In this document: in pieces, positions 31,745-35,314 of the stretch
Layout: the number at the start of each line of letters is the position of its first letter
Position numbering within the stretch: position 1 is the stretch's first letter
From: an uncultured Bacteroidales bacterium
Lineage (GTDB): Bacteria > Bacteroidota > Bacteroidia > Bacteroidales > CAZSJF01
DNA length: 35,314 nucleotides
Direction: 5' to 3'
Assembly (NCBI GenBank): GCA_964606705.1
Contig: CAZSJF010000003.1
Location: forward strand, 1 to 35,314
Made by a program: the position numbers and the translations under genes
The notes under the pieces: model-generated
Database searches by the model: none
What the model saw: the letters and a program-made list of their open reading frames with translations, nothing else
What the model was told of the DNA's origin: nothing

Positions 31745-33100
31745 TCATTTACAACAATCACAGCTCCCTTTTACCAGGTTGTGTTTTTTTACAAAATCAA
31801 ATATTATTTCTCCCAGTTCCGGCCTTCCTATTTCCTGCAGGTCATAAAATACCCTTGTATTGGGCTTGTTGATCTTGATTATCCTGTTTAAATCTATCGG
31901 GGTTCCTATGATTACAGATTCCGCATCGGAGTTATTTATGGTTTTTTCGAGGTCTTTAACCTGTTCATCTCCATATCCCATGGCAGGCAGTAAAGTTCCT
32001 ATATTAGGATATATTTTAAATGTCTCAGCTAATTTGCCTACAACAAAAGGCCTCGGGTCAACAAGTTCTTTTGCCCCGTACTTCTTTGCTGCAACAATAC
32101 CGGCACCTATTTTCATTTCACCATGTGTCAGGGTGGGGCCGTCTTCAACAACAAGCACCCTCTTTCCTCTGATAATAGAAACATCTTCAACACTGATGGC
32201 AGAGGCTGCATCAACAACAAGAGCTTTTGGGTTTACTTTTTCTATGTTCATTCTCACTTGTTCTATATTTTCAGGGCTGGCAGTAACCATTTTATTGATG
32301 ACAACAACATCTGCAAGCCTCAGTGTAACTTCTCCGGGATAATAGCTGAGTTCATGCCCCGGCCTGTGAGGGTCAACAACAGTAATCATCAGGTCGGTCT
32401 TGTAAAACGGAAAGTCATTATTTCCTCCGTCCCATACAATAACATCGGCTTCCTTTTCAGCTTCTCTAAGTATAGCTTCATAGTCAACACCGGCATATAT
32501 GACATTCCCCCTGATAACATGAGGCTCATATTCTTCCATCTCTTCTATCGTGCATTTGTTCTTTTTCAGGTCATCAACAGTTGCAAACCTCTGCACTTTC
32601 TGTGCAACAAGGTCTCCGTATGGCATTGGATGGCGTATGGCGACAACTTTAAGCCCGCAGTCCATGAGCAGTTCAATAACCCTTCTTGAGGTCTGGCTTT
32701 TTCCGCACCCTGTCCTTACAGCACCAATGGCAATTACAGGCTTCGTGCTTTTTACCTGGGTGTCTTTCGTCCCCAGCAGCATAAAATCTGCACCGGCTGT
32801 ATTAACAATAGCACTGACACCCATTACCTTGCTATAAGTAACGTCGCTGTATGAAAATACACATATATCTGCTTTCAGGTCTTTAATGAGCTTTTGCAAT
32901 TCTCCTTCTGCATAAACAGGGATACCTTTGGGATAAAGTTTACCGGCTAACTCCGCAGGATATTTTCTGCCATCAATATCAGGAATCTGGGCGGCAGTGA
33001 AAGCAACTACATTATATTCCTCATTGTCCCTGAAATAAGTATTGAAATTATGGAAATCTCTTCCGGCAGCACCTATGATAATAACATTTTTCTTTTTCAT
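31745..33100 (-). CDS. cyclic 2,3-diphosphoglycerate synthetase-like P-loop protein (often annotated as GTPase)
   Basis: 451-aa ORF. The N-terminus MKKKNVIIIGAAGRDFHNFNTYFRDNEEYNVVAFTAAQIPDI and the Walker-A-like GAVRTGCGKSQTSRRV, followed by IRHPMPYGDL, match my recollection of bacterial cpgS homologues. This was not verified by search. Confidence 0.5.
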   Translation of the reverse strand: MKKKNVIIIGAAGRDFHNFNTYFRDNEEYNVVAFTAAQIPDIDGRKYPAELAGKLYPKGIPVYAEGELQKLIKDLKADICVFSYSDVTYSKVMGVSAIVNTAGADFMLLGTKDTQVKSTKPVIAIGAVRTGCGKSQTSRRVIELLMDCGLKVVAIRHPMPYGDLVAQKVQRFATVDDLKKNKCTIEEMEEYEPHVIRGNVIYAGVDYEAILREAEKEADVIVWDGGNNDFPFYKTDLMITVVDPHRPGHELSYYPGEVTLRLADVVVINKMVTASPENIEQVRMNIEKVNPKALVVDAASAISVEDVSIIRGKRVLVVEDGPTLTHGEMKIGAGIVAAKKYGAKELVDPRPFVVGKLAETFKIYPNIGTLLPAMGYGDEQVKDLEKTINNSDAESVIIGTPIDLNRIIKINKPNTRVFYDLQEIGRPELGEIIFDFVKKHNLVKGSCDCCK

Positions 33101-33298
33101 TTTCCGGCTGTTTTAAAAGTTTAATAGAATGAATCATTTTTTTTAGTACCACAAATATACAAGTTTAAGTTTTTATTCCAATAATTAATATATGCTTTTA
33201 ATTTATTGAATATGGTAAATAATTGGTAATCAATAAAATAAAGCTTATATTTTATCTATGCTTAATTATTTTTTATAACAATAGAAAAAATTAAATGA

Positions 33299-33385
33299 AC
33301 CACAATAGGCACATAGGTCACAGAGGAAAAACACATAGGTTGGATTCTATGTGAAAAAACTATGTGTCCTATATGTCTATGTGGT
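33299..33385. repeat. imperfect ~87-bp palindrome built from CACATAG/CTATGTG words (REP/MITE-like)
   Basis: The left arm is AACCACAATAGGCACATAGGTCACAGAGGAAAAACACATAGG. The reverse complement of the right arm is ACCACATAGACATATAGGACACATAGTTTTTTCACATAGA. The centre is near 33343. It lies in the divergent region between 31745..33100 and argS. Confidence 0.55.
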
Positions 33386-33471
33386 AAAGGACTTACAGTT
33401 GCTCCAAAAAATATTTAAATGAATTATAAAAAAATGTTTTAAATTCGTAATCAAAATAAGGTCAAATATAT

Positions 33472-35256
33472 ATGATTGAAGAGAAAATAACAGGTAAAAC
33501 CATTGAGGCTTTAGTAAATCTTTATAATCACGACAAAAAAAAGGTAAAGTTATCATTACAACTGCAGAAGACCAGGCCTGAATTTGAAGGAGATATAACC
33601 TTACTGACTTTCCCGCTGACTCCCGTCTCAAAGAAATCACCGGAACAGACTGCCGCAGAAATCGGCGATTTTCTGAAAAAAGAAATACCTGAAATAAAAT
33701 CATTCAATGTTATCAAAGGTTTTTTAAACCTGGTTATAGATGAAACCTACTGGCTCGATTTCTTTGCTAAAACCCATACTGATAAAGGCTTTGGAAACAA
33801 AAAAACCGGTAAATCCAAACCTGTGGTGGTAGAATTTTCTTCTCCAAACACAAACAAACCTTTGCACCTCGGGCATATCAGGAATAACCTTCTGGGCCAT
33901 TCAATAACTGAAATACTTAAAGCCAACGGAGAAAATGTCGTAAAAGTAAACCTTGTAAACGACAGGGGTATCCATATATGCAAGTCCATGCTGGCATACA
34001 TGAAATGGGGAAATGACAGCACTCCTGAATCCACAGGATTTAAGGGTGACCACTTTGTCGGCAATTACTATGTGATGTTTGAAAAAGAATATAAAAAACA
34101 GGTTGAAGATTTAGTAAAGCAGGGCAGGACAGAGGAAGATGCAAAAAAACAGGCTCCTCTGATAATTGAGGCTCAGGAGATGCTGAAAAAGTGGGAAAAT
34201 AATGATAAAGATATAAGGGCATTATGGCAAAAGATGAATGGCTGGGTTTATGATGGTTTTGAAAAAACATATAAAAGATTAGGCATTACTTTTGACAAAA
34301 CATATTATGAATCCAAAACCTATTTGTCAGGTAAAGAAATCGTGGAAAAAGGAGTGTCAGGCAATATTTTTGCAAAAAAAGATGATGGCTCCGTATGGGC
34401 AGATATGTCTGATAAGAATATGGATGAAAAACTGCTTCTCAGGGCTGACGGCACTTCCGTATATATAACACAGGATTTGGGCACTGCAAAGCAAAGATAC
34501 GACGAGTATGATGCAAAGAACCTTATTTATGTTGTCGGCAATGAACAGAATTATCACTTTGAAATATTAAAAATAATCTTACAGAAGCTGGGATATGAAT
34601 GGGCTGATAAAATATACCACCTGTCATACGGCATGGTGGAACTGCCCCACGGAAAGATGAAGTCACGCGAAGGTACAGTTGTTGATGCTGACGACCTGAT
34701 TGAAGAAATGTATAAAACAGCTTATGAAACAACAAAACAACTTGGCAAAACTGATGATTTTTCTGAACAGGAAATGGGAGAGTTGTCTAATAATATAAGC
34801 ATGGGAGCCCTCAAATACTTTATACTGAAAGTTGACCCTAAAAAAAACATGCTCTTTAACCCTGAAGAATCTATTGATTTCAATGGCAACACAGGCCCGT
34901 TCATACAATACACCCATGCACGCATCCAATCTATTTTAAGAAAATCAGGTTCGGAGAAAATACAGTTCAGTAAGTCCGGTATTTCCATACTGAAAAAAGA
35001 AAAAGAAATCATAAAATTACTTTATGAATTTCCCGAGATGGTTTCTTCTGCCGCAGAGAGTTACAATCCTGCAGTAATAGCAAACTATGTTTACGAACTG
35101 GCAAAAGAATATAATCAATACTACCAGGAAACCCCCATTCTTAAAGAGGAAAATAAAGATATATCTGCTTTCAGGGTGATGCTGTCATCATTTACAGGTG
35201 ATGTAATAAAAAAATCCATGAAATTACTGGGTATTGAAGTGCCAGAGAAGATGTAA
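33472..35256 (+). CDS. argS: arginine--tRNA ligase
   Basis: 594-aa ORF. The class I HIGH motif is SSPNTNKPLHLGHIRNNLLG, the KMSKS-equivalent is GKMKSREG, and the C-terminal anticodon-binding (DALR-type) region is YVYELAKEYNQYY. Confidence 0.92.
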   Translation: MIEEKITGKTIEALVNLYNHDKKKVKLSLQLQKTRPEFEGDITLLTFPLTPVSKKSPEQTAAEIGDFLKKEIPEIKSFNVIKGFLNLVIDETYWLDFFAKTHTDKGFGNKKTGKSKPVVVEFSSPNTNKPLHLGHIRNNLLGHSITEILKANGENVVKVNLVNDRGIHICKSMLAYMKWGNDSTPESTGFKGDHFVGNYYVMFEKEYKKQVEDLVKQGRTEEDAKKQAPLIIEAQEMLKKWENNDKDIRALWQKMNGWVYDGFEKTYKRLGITFDKTYYESKTYLSGKEIVEKGVSGNIFAKKDDGSVWADMSDKNMDEKLLLRADGTSVYITQDLGTAKQRYDEYDAKNLIYVVGNEQNYHFEILKIILQKLGYEWADKIYHLSYGMVELPHGKMKSREGTVVDADDLIEEMYKTAYETTKQLGKTDDFSEQEMGELSNNISMGALKYFILKVDPKKNMLFNPEESIDFNGNTGPFIQYTHARIQSILRKSGSEKIQFSKSGISILKKEKEIIKLLYEFPEMVSSAAESYNPAVIANYVYELAKEYNQYYQETPILKEENKDISAFRVMLSSFTGDVIKKSMKLLGIEVPEKM

Positions 35257-35314
35257 TACTGGATATTCCGAGCAAAGTAGACCACCTATTCCGCAGCAAA
35301 CTGTGCCACCAAAA

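Noticed and set aside
35257-35314. Sequence after argS reads in frame as ..LDIPSKVDHLFRSKLCHQ.., possibly the start of another gene.
   Set aside because: There is no start codon in view and fewer than 20 codons before the window ends. It cannot be called.

Overview
This is a low-GC, Bacteroidota-type chromosomal segment. The assignment rests on many type IX secretion (T9SS) C-terminal sorting domains, Cys-lipobox lipoproteins and the absence of obvious Shine-Dalgarno sites. Positions ~2.9-23.4 kb form an accessory island holding nine predicted T9SS cargo genes: a tandem triplet of paralogs, four proteins built from Cys-bracketed Ig-like repeats and/or PKD domains, an internally duplicated protein and a large orphan. 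Embedded in the island are an ECF sigma factor gene, translationally coupled to a membrane protein with an unusual architecture, and a lipoprotein serpin. The main finding is a bipartite ECF-like promoter motif, GCAACC(A/T)TTTT-N-TCT(T/A), present six times. It lies upstream of the sigma gene itself, two PKD cargo paralogs, a decayed 5' gene stub, the internally duplicated cargo gene and the serpin, which suggests a compact local regulon. The right part of the window (23.5-35.3 kb) is mostly housekeeping or miscellaneous: Lrp/AsnC regulator, histidine-free M16 pseudo-peptidase, GT61-like glycosyltransferase, FISUMP-domain protein, C1 cysteine peptidase, orphan KilA-N protein, pyrBI, a cyclic-2,3-diphosphoglycerate-synthetase-like P-loop protein and argS. 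Several structured non-coding elements stand out against the AT-rich background: GC-rich nested palindromes, a CACATAG-type palindrome, long inverted repeats, and a terminator abutting pyrB. I found no rRNA, tRNA, CRISPR array, transposase or integrase. All product calls rest on motif recognition by eye; no database search was possible.
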